From NCBI RefSeq assembly GCF_022539665.2, contig NC_081331.1:8246001-8310000 (forward strand): a stretch of 64,000 bases of DNA, given 5' to 3'. Made by a program: the position numbers and the translations under genes. The stretch comes from Daphnia carinata. Taxonomy: Eukaryota. Positions within the stretch are counted from its first letter, which is position 1; every line of letters starts with the position of its first letter. Positions 1 to 12,060 of the stretch are shown here, one piece after another. The notes beneath the pieces are model-generated. The model had not been told where the DNA came from, did not search any database, and worked only from the letters and a program-made list of their open reading frames with translations.

Positions 1-58
1 GTGGAAAGAGCGTCCGACTGTGATGCGGGAGATCCGAGTTCGATACCAGCTACAGCCA
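1..58 (+). pseudogene. Degenerate tRNA-like sequence (GTG in loop) / SINE-head-like, truncated by window edge
   Basis: GTGGAAAGAGC D-loop-like segment, TCCGA-CTGTGAT-GCGGG anticodon-arm-like segment, GTTCGAT B-box, ends in GCCA; stems pair poorly. Confidence 0.45.
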
Positions 59-291
59 TACCTTTTAAAATTATATTATTAAGCGGTCCAAAAGTGGTCC
101 AATTCACCGCTTAAACTTATTGTGGACGACTGGTAAAAGACGCACACGGGCTCCGTTTCTGCCGGACATTTAGATGTGCAGAAGGCAGCCAAAACACGTC
201 ATTTATGAATTTCACCGCGTCTTATGTACGTCCTAGTGGTCCAATGAGGACCAAAAATTGTCGTCTAAAGGACAGCAGTGTGCTGTGTGGG
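1..291. mobile_element. Right end of a CMC/EnSpm-like DNA transposon (runs off window start)
   Basis: Ends in TGTGCTGTGTGGG (rc CCCACACAGCACA), one base different from the CCCACATAGCACA TIR of the 9880-12948 element; subterminal GGTCC/GGAC motifs. Confidence 0.6.
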
Positions 292-1101
292 TTACATATC
301 TAGTTTCTGTTGCATTTATGCATTTAGTTGTTGGCTTTCCGCAGACTGCTTCACCACATTATTTGTTGGCTTTCAACAAAATGTTTCACTGCCTTAGAAT
401 GGTATAGGAGATATGATACGAGTACTACTGCAATTCTAAAAACTTAACTAGGTGAAAACCTGCTGTGCAGTGGAATATAGTGACAAGGACTATTATAACT
501 TTCCAAAGTCATAATTTTTATGATAGAATAAGACAAAACTTTTAATGAAATGAGCTTTATGTTGTAAAAAAAATTCTGTATTCAAATCAGATTGTATTTC
601 CTTAAAAATATTTTTGCACCACAAGTAGAATCAGGATAGGCAGGCAGAATTGGGCGCATTGGGGTCGATATCAGAACAACCGGGAAAAACAATTCGATCA
701 ACCTGATTGGGTTGGGAGCATACAAAGTTCACCCTGTACCTCTAAGATAATGCCCATTCCACCCGATGCCCCAAATTGCTAACGCCGATTGGCTCGGGCT
801 CGATCCCTGCTTCTATCTCATCTCCTATACCTTGTACATGCCTTCATGCGATAATCTCGTCCATTTTCCAAACTGAGCAGCCAAAACGCTATCAGTTGCA
901 AAATATCAACGCCATCTCTTGTTCACAAATACTTTCGTTATTTGTTTACGTTTATGTATGCATTACAATTTTTTAATTTTCATAAATTTTATTTTGTTAT
1001 GGGGAATGTGATTTAGGTAAACAACGATGTGTTTTCATAGAAATTTACAATAGAAACTGAGAATAGATAGTAATTCGTCGTTACCATTGCAACAGTATAT
1101 A

Positions 1102-1910
1102 GGGGAGACTGGGGTGAGCCGGGACAGTGGGTGAAGTGGGACAGCTAGAGGAAAAATAGAAGTAATTGATTTAAAATTTCAAAAAAATATATGTTATTAG
1201 TATTTGTGTTTCCTATTTAGGGTAAAAGTTTTAAACGAATATGTGAAAAAATACGAAAGTTATGTAGAAAATTTAAAAAACGGTATTTTTTTCCTTAAAT
1301 TTTTCGCCGCCATTTAGTGTTTTTCTTCACAATACTACAAGTAGTTAATATTTTATACATACAAACAGGTAGTCTATTCATTTCTCTATCGTTTGCAAAA
1401 AAAAATTTAATTTTAGGACCATTATTTTGAGGGGAAATTGTATTTTTACCAAAAGACTTTTTTTGGGGCTAGTTGGGACAGCAAATGTGCCTGAAATTGA
1501 ACAGTAGTGGGTGGAGTTAAAGGCGGAGCTACAAAAACAGCGTTGCATTAATTAGTAAAAAAGTTACATTTCTAACTAACTTACTTTTTAAAAAAAAAGA
1601 GTATATCTAGTAGTATCCTACTGATTTATTACAATTTTTTAAATGTATTTTATGAGTATAAACTTAGGGTGTCCCACATCACCCACCCTGGTGTCCCAAT
1701 TCACCCAACACCATAGGCTCCTCCCTCAAATTTTTCAAAACTTTAAAAATCTGTAAAACGTAAATTATTTATTATAAAAATCGGGAAAAAAACACGGAGG
1801 TAAAGAAAGGTACAACAAAAATATAAATCCAGTCAAAAATAAAATCAAGCAATTTGTGAAGGAGTTATGGAACAAAAACAAAAGGTGTCCCAAATCACCC
1901 CAGTCTCCCC
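1102..1910. mobile_element. Tc1/mariner-superfamily (pogo/Fot1-like) MITE, copy 1
   Basis: TIR GGGGAGACTGGGGTGA...TCACCCCAGTCTCCCC, flanked by TA on both sides (1100-1101, 1911-1912); internal TGGGACAG/TGTCCCA repeats; homologous copy at 40218-41041. Confidence 0.85.
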
Positions 1911-1938
1911 TACGGGTATTTTTTGTGCGCTGCAATAC

Positions 1939-2343
1939 CAGTGTTCTGTCGAATAAGACTTTCGAATAAAATTTCGAATAGAATAACGCAAAAAATCGAA
2001 TATGTTATTCGTTATTCGTCGAATAAAAATGTCCTTATTCGTATTCGTTATTCCTATTTGTTGTAAATTCGTATTGTATCATTTCGAATACAATTTCGAA
2101 TAAGTAATATTTTCGTAGGACAGGAAGTCTTGTTTTAATTGCTGTCCTGTTTTTTTCTGAAGGTGGTTCAATGCCATTTTTATTCGATATTTGATACGAA
2201 AATTTATTCGTTATTCGTTATTCGAAAATTATTCGTATTCGCGCTTAAAACGTCCATTTTATTCGTTATTCGTATTCGTTTACGTTGCTTATTCGTATTC
2301 GTTTACAAACGAATCAAGTTTTTTCTTATTCGACAATACACTG
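1939..2343. mobile_element. hAT-type MITE with 8-bp TSD
   Basis: TIRs CAGTGTTCTGTCGAATAAGA / TCTTATTCGACAATACACTG; exact 8-bp TSD TGCAATAC at 1931-1938 and 2344-2351; interior built of ATTCG/CGAAT repeats. Confidence 0.9.
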
Positions 2344-2510
2344 TGCAATACTTAATACTTTATTACAAAAAAAAATAATTTTGAAAATTTACTGTGACAT
2401 TACTTGTGTTAGGAGGAATTTAATAGCTAAATTTTTATTACATTAAACTTAAAAAAAAATACAGAAAAACCCACACAATTTTAAAGTGGTCGTTTTTCTC
2501 TTCACAGTAG

Positions 2511-3260
2511 CAGTGTACTGTCGAATAAGAAAAAACTTTGATTCGTTTGTAAACGAATACGAATAAGCCATGTTCTGGCCGAGAAGACTGAATAAGTTTT
2601 ATTCGGCGAAATACCGACCCATTAGACGAGGGGCTGTTTACTACAAACTGGGCGCCTATCCAACACATTTTATGAATTGTTGTTCAAAAAATTATTTATC
2701 TTTGTATTTATCTGTACGAAATTAAATAATGCTAATCACACTAAGAAAAATAAAATAAATGGAACTAATTTTTCTAATAGTATACTTGTACAGTATATTG
2801 AAGAAAAATGTGACGGTTTTTCTTATGCTTTGTTTGCCATAGCTGACACGTTTTTCTGCAACTTCCTGTACAGGTGGTTGCTACACTAGAAAATATTTTC
2901 CAAATGTCTTATATGAAGATGAAAATTTAGTAGTCGGTCTCTACTGCATTCATTTAACACTGAGCGGGTCTAAAACGAAGGAATAGGTGTGTGGTTTCTT
3001 TACAGAAGAGGCAGGTGTTTATGTTGGGCTCTATCTACTCTTATGTAGATCCTAACTAAACAAAGGGGTAGATTTGACAGCAGTCTTGTGGAAAAATGAA
3101 ATATTTTATTGATTTTCTAAACGAAAAATAAGAAGCAGTACAAGTGAATACGAATAGCGAATAATGAACAACGAATAAAACAGACGTTTTATTATTCGAA
3201 TACAAATAATTTTATTACGATTAACAAGTAAATTTTTGAATTAAATATCAAATACGAAAT
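2511..3260. mobile_element. Second, inverted and interrupted copy of the ATTCG hAT-MITE family
   Basis: 2511-2568 is essentially the reverse complement of 2287-2343; CGAATA-rich repeats resume at ~3145-3260; far end unclear. Confidence 0.55.
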
Positions 3261-4869
3261 GGAATTTAGCAACAGCAAGGGCATTAACAAGTTCTTTTTC
3301 AAATTCGTGTATTTCGTCGCTGGTCGGTGATTCTAAGTTTTTAGCTAGAGCAACCCACACTGCACGACGGGCTCCTAAGTACCTCTGCAGAACCTTCTAC
3401 TGCCCACCTCAGTCTTCTCCATAATCGTCCTAAATTCCTCTTAGAACCTTCTTTTTGGTCACCTGGTAGCTGCCTGACAGGCTCTTCAGTCCCTCTTACG
3501 TCATCCTCAGCTAGTACCAAGAACCTCCCATGGTGATAAAAATTGTGTGACATATGTGTTCGATATACCTAGCTGCTGTATATCAGCTTCATGGCATTTG
3601 GATGTAATTAAAACATAATATGAATATTAAACGACAACAGAATATTTGACACATTCAATTTCAAAAACCTTATCTTTAATTGGGATTCGCGGTGAAATAG
3701 GACTGAACCGAAATAGGATTTGGAGAAATAGGACTGACTTTAAAAATATTTTAGGACAGTCCTGTTTCTCCACGGCATTTGTCCTATTTCTCTTTAGAGA
3801 TAGCTCTATTCCTTTTACTTTGTTCCAATTGGAACGATGAGCCTCCAATCCAGTAGACAATACATTGCGTAAAGCGTCGGCTTATATCCATTTCCCTTTT
3901 TAAAAAACCGATGGTCGTAACTCATTACATAAATGGTTCTCAAAACTTTTTTCTATTATTCTTTCTTTGATTTAATAGAGTTCATTTAACAAAATACTAT
4001 CAGAGCAAAATCAGAAATATTTATTACTTATATTGCACTTTTTGTGGTCACAACAAACTTTTCCAATTGCACTAATGTTTTACTATTTCATACTACTATC
4101 GATAATATACAGCTTTTACATATTCTGATTTTGCTCTAATAGTATTTCATTAATAATTTATTAATTACCAGGAAATTAAATGTCCAGTTACGAGGAGGTG
4201 CAATACGTTAGTCCATAGGCATTTTTTAGGTGGTATGATTGAAATCGATCTGTTTCCCGTTTTACAACTGAATGGTATGACAGCGAATTTCATTTTTCAG
4301 TAAACTACGTATTTCCACCGCTAATGGCTGTTTCCTACTTTTAACCTGAAATTTCTAGTATACAAGCAATTGTCGCATATTCGGACCCGATGTTACAGGA
4401 TTCGGTTTTCCAGATTTTGAATTTAGTTATTAGAAAAAAAGGCAAAATGTTGGCGCTAAGCACTTGACTGACATGGTAGTAACCTCCAAAACCGTCACGA
4501 TGTTGGCTCGGATCATATTGCTGTACCATACGATCCACACCGTGACGTCAGCTGATAGCTCTTATTTCACTTATTGTAGTGCTCAACCTCTATCCTATTG
4601 AAAGAGTTTGATTGTTTGTGTTTTTAATTATTTCTTTAGGTTGCTTTTGTGAGATTATTAACGTTAGCGATTAATTTTTGCAACTCACACATTGTCTTCG
4701 TTATTCGCGTGAAAAGCAGCCGCCTTAATAATTTATTGAATAAACAATGGTAAACCCCAAAATTTACATTATCTAGCAATTTTACTTGATTTTGTATATT
4801 TCTTTGAAACAGTCAAATGTTTTTGTGATACTTTAAAACGCACGAGTCTTACTTTCATGGAGAGATCAC

Positions 4870-6535
4870 CTAAAGCCCTCCTGAGCATATCACCAACAAT
4901 TTCTTGAATTGAAAATATTGGCATGTTCCTCCATAATTTTCCAGCTTCTTGTGGCCTCCCTCAGTATTTCGCTTCATGGTATGGGTAAAGAACAGAAAGT
5001 GCCGGGCACGGTCTTGGGCCGTTCCAGCGAAGATGGCGCCCTGATACCAGTTGGGTGGGAAGAAATTCTCCACTACAGGAAAGAAAGGGTCATCTTTCCT
5101 GGGATTGGCGGGCATAACCCTCGCTCTTTTGTAACTGGAATATAAACTTTAATCGTTAACCATAATCATGATATAATTTATTTTTTTATTGTACCTTAAA
5201 CGACGAGTGGCCAAATCAACATCCGGCATGTGTCTTCCTTCTATGGACTTGCGTTTCTTCAATTCGGCAAATAAGATCTCCCTGGGGTCCGTAAACTGTT
5301 GATCGACGCAGGCTTTCTTCGATTCTCTAAAGATGTCAACCTATGTATAAATATTGCAAGTTACACATTTAGAAACTCAAATTAATTTTTTCTAGAAACA
5401 CTTACCCTTTTCTGGTTTCCAATGTCTGGTGGGTGATTGTGGGTGTTCTCTTGATCGTGGGGAACAGGGGTGAAGTCAGCATTATCGTAATTAAGCAAAC
5501 AATCCAAAAGGGGAGTTTTCTTTTGTTTCACGATAGCTTTACATGGGTTTCCAGAAGGTCGGGAGGTACAGCGCCATGTATATGTGCTCTTACTGATGGC
5601 TTTTTTGCTGAAGCAAAATCCTATAGTAAAAATTCCTCTTTTAGTCTTATTCAATTAGCACTTATATTCGAATTATTACCTAATCCATCAGTAAGCTTAC
5701 GGAGTCCCTTGTTCGTTCCCTCGTCATGAATCTTGTAGGATGGCTCCGTCGGTTCCTCATACGATGATTGCTAACAAAAACGTTTAGTTAATAAAATACT
5801 AAGACATGTTGCGATAGAGAAGAAATATATACCTCCATTGTCGATTCGCTGGGTTCGGCAAATGTTTCTTCTCTTCTTCCATCGCTTGCATATGAACTCC
5901 TTGGGATTGCAGCTTCTGGAGACAGGTCTGGTAGCTGAGGTTGGGCCCTGTGTCTTCGTCTTGGTGGTGGAACTGGAGGAGTTGACCTAAGAAGAGGAGA
6001 CAACATAAAAAGAAAAGGAGATACAACAAGACTCACCAAAGGTGACATTGTCAACGGAGAAATTGGGGAGGTTGGAGAAGACGGAGTTGCTGGACGACGC
6101 GGAGAATTAGTCTGAGGAGATGTGCGAGGAGTTGATCGCTGTCGTGGGACGACGTGGAGAAGCTGGAACTAGAGGCTTTTTCTTGCCTCCGTCGGAAGGG
6201 TCGAAAATGCTCCTTGGCTTCAGCAATCACTTAGGACGACCACCTTCAGCACCAGCAACAGCAACAACAGCTACATCGCCTTTTGATCCCCCAGCTACTG
6301 CACCATCAACATCTGCTACATCTTCGGTGGAACCTTGGACTGCACTACCATTAGAACACATGGCGCACCGATAAAAGTTGCTGAACTCCTTCCATGAAGG
6401 CGAAACACCCTTATGGAAGGTAACACCAGAACAAAGACGATGGACAGGAACATGGCAGCCTAGGCAAACGCAGAATTGCTTCCGGCCGGTAACACTGGAT
6501 TTGCATCCCGAACATTGAAAGCGAGCTGAAGACAT
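4870..6535 (-). pseudogene. Truncated, spliced MULE transposase gene: PHD finger, Pro/Ser linker, FLYWCH-like domain, start of transposase region
   Basis: 6227-6535 CSGC...CVCLGCHVPVHRLC...YRCAMC (PHD C4HC3 spacing); 5382-5654 FCFSKK...YTWRC...C...HNHPP (FLYWCH/WRKY-GCM1 fold pattern); 4870-5115 ...RARHFLFFT then breaks before any DDE core. Confidence 0.6.
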
Positions 6536-7242
6536 GGTAATGGTAAGTGCTAGATCGAAGTCTAAGACGAACTATTAAAGTTGTATGGTATTATTGTATC
6601 CATATATATAGTCGGCCAAAAAGGGGAGGAGCCAAACGCTATTACACCTCTCGGCAAATAGGATGGAAGCACTTCTTGCTGTTGCGATGAGTGAAGATTA
6701 CCTGGATTTACGTAAACCTTTTCTTTCAATTCGCTGCAGGCAAGCGTCATCAGCTTCCGGGATACAACGTCGTATGGAGTAGTCATTAAATGTGGTGCAA
6801 CCATAATTCTTAAGCTGCTTAATCCGAAGATCTCTGACCTTCCTAAATCTTTTCTTTCGATTCGCCGCCGGCAACTATCTTCAACTTCCTTGGCACCCAT
6901 AAATCTTCTTCATCAATTTTATTTCAATGTCAATATAAATATTAACTTAATCCTTTGGCATACGTCACTTGATGAGTAATGCTATGTCATGCTTGGCCAT
7001 CCACTTCTGTGGTAGAATCCTCTTCTTGGTAAAGAAGTTGGGGAATTGTTAAAATGTTAAATTACAAATAATTTTTTTTTCGCCCATCTACCATCTCCTC
7101 TCTCATCCATTCTCTTGTATCTCAACAGTTCTTCTTGCTCCTGGTGAGGAACTAGTTTTCATACAGGCGAAGATTCATTAACATTCTTCAACGATTCATA
7201 GTTAACTTAACCGCAAATGTTATTAAAAACCTCAGAAGAAAT

Positions 7243-7310
7243 GCAACCACGGGGAATCGAACACAGGACTACCCATGTCACAGCTTAGAGTGCTACCGAT
7301 GTGGTAAGAC
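7243..7310 (-). pseudogene. Degenerate tRNA-like/SINE-head sequence inside the MULE
   Basis: Minus strand reads ...CATCGGTAGCAC TCTAAG CTGTGAC ATGGG TAGTCCTGT GTTCGATTCC CCGTGGTTGC; B-box clear, stems poor. Confidence 0.4.
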
Positions 7311-7879
7311 TTGATTGCCTATTGCTGCTGATAGTTGTATGAGCAAGTACAACATGACTGCAACTGGAAAATTTATTTATACACTAAAAAGTAAGAAAAA
7401 TGTAATAAATATTTCTGGTGTGGCCGTAGTAGTATTTTATTAAATGGTCTTAGATATCTATATGATATTAGATATAACATATTTCTGGGTCCCTGCAATT
7501 TAAATTAAAATAGGATAAAAGATAAATGTTTGGTGAACCATTTAAGTAATGAGTTAACACCATCGGCTTTTTACAAAGGGAGACCCGACGCTCTTACGCA
7601 ATATGTTGCCTACCGGATTGGAGGCATATCGTTCCTATTGGAACAAAATAAAATAAATAGGACTTTTTCTAAGGAGAAATAGGACCGACGGCATGGAGAA
7701 ATAGGACTGATGGCATGGAGAAATAGGACTGTCCTAAAAGTTTTAAAAAGTCAGTCCTATTTCTCCGTTAGAAATAGGACTGGAAATTTTCAGTCCTATT
7801 TCTCCAGTCCTATTTCGTTTCAGTCCTATTTCACCGCCAATCATTACACCCTTTCGAGATACTTTCAAGGCGATCTGCG

Positions 7880-9672
7880 GAGGTCGGAGAAAAAGGCCCA
7901 GACGAAAAAGGCCCGACAAAAAGGCCTTTACGAAAAAGGCCCACTTTTTTCCAAATTTAAAAGTGGGCCTTTTTCTCAATTGGACTGGGACTTTTTCTCC
8001 GCTAAAATTCCAAATTCCTACAAACTGTAATATGTTTCCAAAATATATTTCCCACCTCCTATTCCGTAGAAGTTTGAATGTTTAAAGGTTGCTGAAACCG
8101 TGACCTTATAATATAGGAATAACAACAGAAAAAGAGAAAAGCCAACATTAAGAAAAAGAAAACTGAAAAGAAAGAACATAAAGTGAATAAACTAAAGAAA
8201 AACAGGCAAATTTATCGTATGAAATACTGATGCTGTCTCATGGATGAGCTAAACTCGTGTTCTTTCATGTGCAAGCCATGTCGTGATTTTTTATAACAAT
8301 ACACTAGCATGCTTTCCATGATCGTGGAAAATTTGAAGAAAAAAAAATCTTAGATTCATTTTAAAAGGTTTAGTGTCTTCACTAATAACAGACTCCCATA
8401 AAAAAAAGTTCTTCATGGTATAAAATAATTACAATGGATTTGTAATTGTTCTTAGCTTTCTTAACGTCGCACGTTGTAAGTGCAAAGCTTCCTTACATTT
8501 CACTGCAGTGTGTGATGTGTAATGAGATAGCCAATAGCTGCTAGAAAATGAGCATAAGGAGAAAAACAGGACGCGAAGAACGTAAAAAATCATTTATAAT
8601 TGCTGGAAAAGCGCGAGTTCTTACCAGAGACGTAGATGGTTCTCTCGTACTAAAGGTGAGGATAATCTTTAACAAAAGATTGCTCTTTAACAAAAGCCAA
8701 GCATAAACTATTTAGTTTGACTCATAGACGTTCCTACGCAAATTGAATATTCCAGTTTTGCTCGAACTATTTATTGCTTGGGTGAAAAGCTCTCCAAGCC
8801 TAGATAACAGTTAGCAGTCACCGCCTGGACTAGTTCTAGCAGTAGGTTATGATTTTAATACATTTATTTGGCTCTTTGTAATTGTGTAAAGAATTGAAAA
8901 TGTGATAAGGAAATAAATGGTGTGAGAATCAATATTGAATTATAATATTCTTTTTTTTTGTCATTGCCTCACACGATAGTTTAAGTTTGTAACATTATTC
9001 CTATAACGTTATTTATCAAATGTTAATAATAATAAACTAGTCTTCGTGTTAACATATCTTTGTTCCCAGCAACCACAAAAGCCCCGAGGAACTCATTCAG
9101 TTTCCATATTCACAACGAATCAGTAGTCTTTACCTATGGCATAAGCATCGACAGAGGGAAGTTATAAGGGAGATGGACTTGGGGTTGGGGGGAATGATCA
9201 AAGAGGGTGGACAGAACAAGGCTAAGTGCGAAAAACATATTTCTTATATTATATTTAAAGAATTAAGTATTTCAATAAACAAAAATTGTGAAAAATGAAC
9301 TTTATTTAACGGGATATTAGCAATACATAAATACTAACATAATCCGAAATCAGATTGCTACCGAATAAATAATCAAAGATTAAGTAGCGTACATACGCTA
9401 ACATTGTTTCATCTCGGCAAACCTTATAGAAGGTCACGGTTTCAGCAACCTTTGTACATTCCAACTTCCACGGAATAGGAGGTGGGAAATACTTTTTGGA
9501 AACAAATTAAAGTTTGTAAAAACATGGAAATTAAGCGGAGAAAAAGGCCCAGTCCAATGGAGAAAAAGGCCCACTTTTAAATTTGGAAAAAATGGGCCTT
9601 TTTCATGTGGGCCTTTTTCGTATGAGCCTTTTTGTTGGGCCTTTTTCGTCTGGGCCTTTTTCTCCGCCAATC
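7880..9672. mobile_element. Non-autonomous Mutator/Foldback-like element with ~230-bp TIRs of GAAAAAGGCCC repeats
   Basis: 7880-8110 is the inverted match of 9420-9672; candidate 9-bp TSD CGATCTGCG (7871-7879) / CGATATGCT (9673-9681) with 2 mismatches. Confidence 0.8.
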
Positions 9673-10244
9673 CGATATGCTGTAAAGTGGTATGGAACTA
9701 CACCCATAGGGGGTAGTAAACCACCTACGGAAAAAGTTTAAAGAATTCTTCAAATCGGGTTTAGGCCGATGCCTGAAAATGGAAGCAAAGTTGGTATTGA
9801 AACCTGACGCACAACTCATTTTTAGGAAAAAAAACACCAGTGCCTCTTACCACTCTCTCAAAAGTGAATATCGAGTTAGCCCACATAGCACATCTCAGCC
9901 GTCGGATGTCCGATCCATGGCCGAATGTCCGTGTCTTCTATGGGCTGGCCCACGGATGTCCTTCGGCTAGTCTGGTTGGATGTCCGATGGATGTGCAAAA
10001 ATGATGTCCTAACAACATCCCTCGAGCAGACAAGAAGATCTTCAACAAATTTTTTTGAATATATTGAAAATAAAAATATTTTTAATAAATTTTTACTAAG
10101 TAGTTGCATTTAACTCTAGAACCGTACATACCTTTTTTTGTTGTAGTGTGTAGGGAACACACAACCCTGAATGAAAGTGACGGCACACAAACAGAATTAT
10201 TTAAAAGATCCAATCTATTTTCGTCAACTTGTAATAAAAAAAAG

Positions 10245-10359
10245 GTGAGGCAGTACGAGGAGGACATAGCCAACTGTCGTTTGCTCATTATGGACGGAAA
10301 CATCGAATTAACGACCATGGAGTACATCCTTGACCTCTGCCGCTCTACCAGAGTTCCAG
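10245..10359 (+). pseudogene. Isolated exon resembling the PfkB-family (pseudouridine kinase-like) domain
   Basis: AG|GTGAGG...CCAG|GTAAG exon encoding VRQYEEDIANCRLLIMDGNIELTTMEYILDLCRSTRVP, resembling the 'lvvlDGNl..etm.yvldlc....vPv.fEP' stretch of animal pseudouridine-kinase domains (recalled, not searched). Confidence 0.5.
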
Positions 10360-10546
10360 GTAAGACCCCAAACAAGTTTCTGGTAAAACTACTTTACATT
10401 TAAAAAAAAGAGAAACATTACAGCTCACTCAACGATTTAAATTTAAGCAATGGACGGAGGTGACATTGTGGAACGGAATGATGGATAAAGAGATTCACAG
10501 CTGCAACTGTTTGTAGCCCAAATATTTGAGGGTGAGGCACACATTT

Positions 10547-11378
10547 TCAGATGTAAATCTGGCTGCCGTGTGATTGCATCTGAACAACTAGATTGCTGTT
10601 GGCTTTCTTGCGTTCCACTGTCCTCTTGGCGTCATTTTTAGAATAGTTTGCTTGGTTTAGAATTATTTCATGGTGAATTGCATGATGAGAACTTACGAAG
10701 TAGAAACTGGCTGTGGCAGCCATTCCGATGAACATGGCGATTACGGCAAACGCGTACGACCAAGAGAGGTAGTTGAAATTTGGGTAGGGCATCCAGTCAC
10801 GTCTCCAACATTGTCCACCAAAGACAGCCACCGACAGGAAGAGGCAAAAGGATTTCAAACCATTCATTAGTGCACAGGCAGACAGGATCTGCACTGGTAT
10901 CGGAATGTGAAGTTGAGCGGCCAACGAACAAGAAGCATTGTTGAGGCAATGTGGGCAGAGCAGGAAAATATCAAGGCCAGCGTCATAAAAACCTGCACTG
11001 CCATCAGCCAACCTTTGGAGAGCAAATGAAAGAGTTGTGAAGTAGCCGGCAAAGGAAAGTGTGACTCTAAATTTACCTGGCAGCAACCATTCCCAAATCA
11101 CAAAGTATGTCTTGCTGAAGACATAGTGGCAACCATCAACGAGGTCATCAAATTGGTAGTTTGGGTAACGGAATCTGCTAAAACAAAACTCCCAGAGACC
11201 CATGTTCTTGAACGGGCTGTATGTGTCTTGCCAAGAGACCAGCCAATGTGGACTGTAAACAAAGGGTAAATTGGCATATGAATGTTTGACAGAGAATTGG
11301 TTGGGATTACCTGGCAAATGACATAACCAACAGCATAAGTGATATAAAAGACAGAATGGATCCCAACATCAGTAAACC
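10547..11378 (-). pseudogene. pck: Claudin (PMP22/claudin family), Megatrachea/pickel-like, intron-containing, frameshifted, 5' exon not found
   Basis: Exons give LLVMSFAS|PHWLVSWQDTYSPFKNMGLWEFCF...GCHYVF...WEWLLPG|WLMAVQVF...FGGQCWRRDWMPYPNFNYLSWSYAFAV; GLW-C-C claudin signature; GT-AG introns; 1-nt frameshift near 10893. Confidence 0.85.
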
Positions 11379-12060
11379 TGTTAACGAAATAATTTCATTC
11401 ACGTCATGTTGACAGTTACAGGCGCAAATCCACTTGTCGTATTTGTGAAAAACACATATAATACATGGTATTTAGAAAAATAATGGCCGCCTTTTTCCCC
11501 TATATATTAAATCAGCATTGTCAGATAACTTAAATGGCAGTGATATGTTCCAGCAGTTTATTAAATTTAAATTTACTTGAAATTACTATTTAATATGTAA
11601 CGTAAAAACATCTACTTAAATTTCAACAGTGTTTTTATATAAGATAACTGTTTTATTAATAATAATTATTTGATGAGCAATTTTTTGAGAAGATACCATT
11701 TACCTGTGTTTAGGGAATGAACACCAAAAGCAAAAAAAATGGTAGTTCCGACTTCTTTCGCATGGGGATCTAGCGATTCAGGCATTCGCTCGGTAGCTGC
11801 CTTTGAGTCATGTGCTTTGTATGGTGTTGTGTGAATTTTTTGAAAATTAGCAGAACTTGGATTTTAAAGTGTGCATGAAAGACTTGTGAAACGTGTTCGT
11901 CGCGCTGCCCAGCTGCCTTGCCGTACCCGCCCAGCTACCCAGCTGCCTTGCCGTACCCGCCCAGTCACAACGTTTGGTAATTTTTTTTAAATTATTAAAA
12001 TTTGAATTAAATTAAACTTCAGGTGTTGTCTGTTTGTTTGTTTTTTAAATGTTTTCTAGA

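Larger units (their letters stand above)
3684..7842 (-). mobile_element. Mutator-like (MULE/Phantom-type) element with long modular TIRs; internally deleted
   Basis: ~350-bp imperfect TIRs (GATTCGCGGTGAAATAGGACTG... / ...CAGTCCTATTTCACCGCCAATC) containing GAAATAGGACT repeats; internal minus-strand PHD, FLYWCH-like and transposase-start coding pieces; no TSD seen. Confidence 0.75.

Noticed and set aside
7650..8000. Regularly spaced short repeats resembling a CRISPR array
   Set aside because: They are ~11-bp modules in direct and inverted orientation within transposon TIRs; there are no unique spacers or cas genes, and the context is eukaryotic.
10547..11317. 256-aa ORF as an intact protein
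   Set aside because: It is a chance read-through of introns plus a compensating frameshift; the middle of the real claudin is in another frame (10867-11052).
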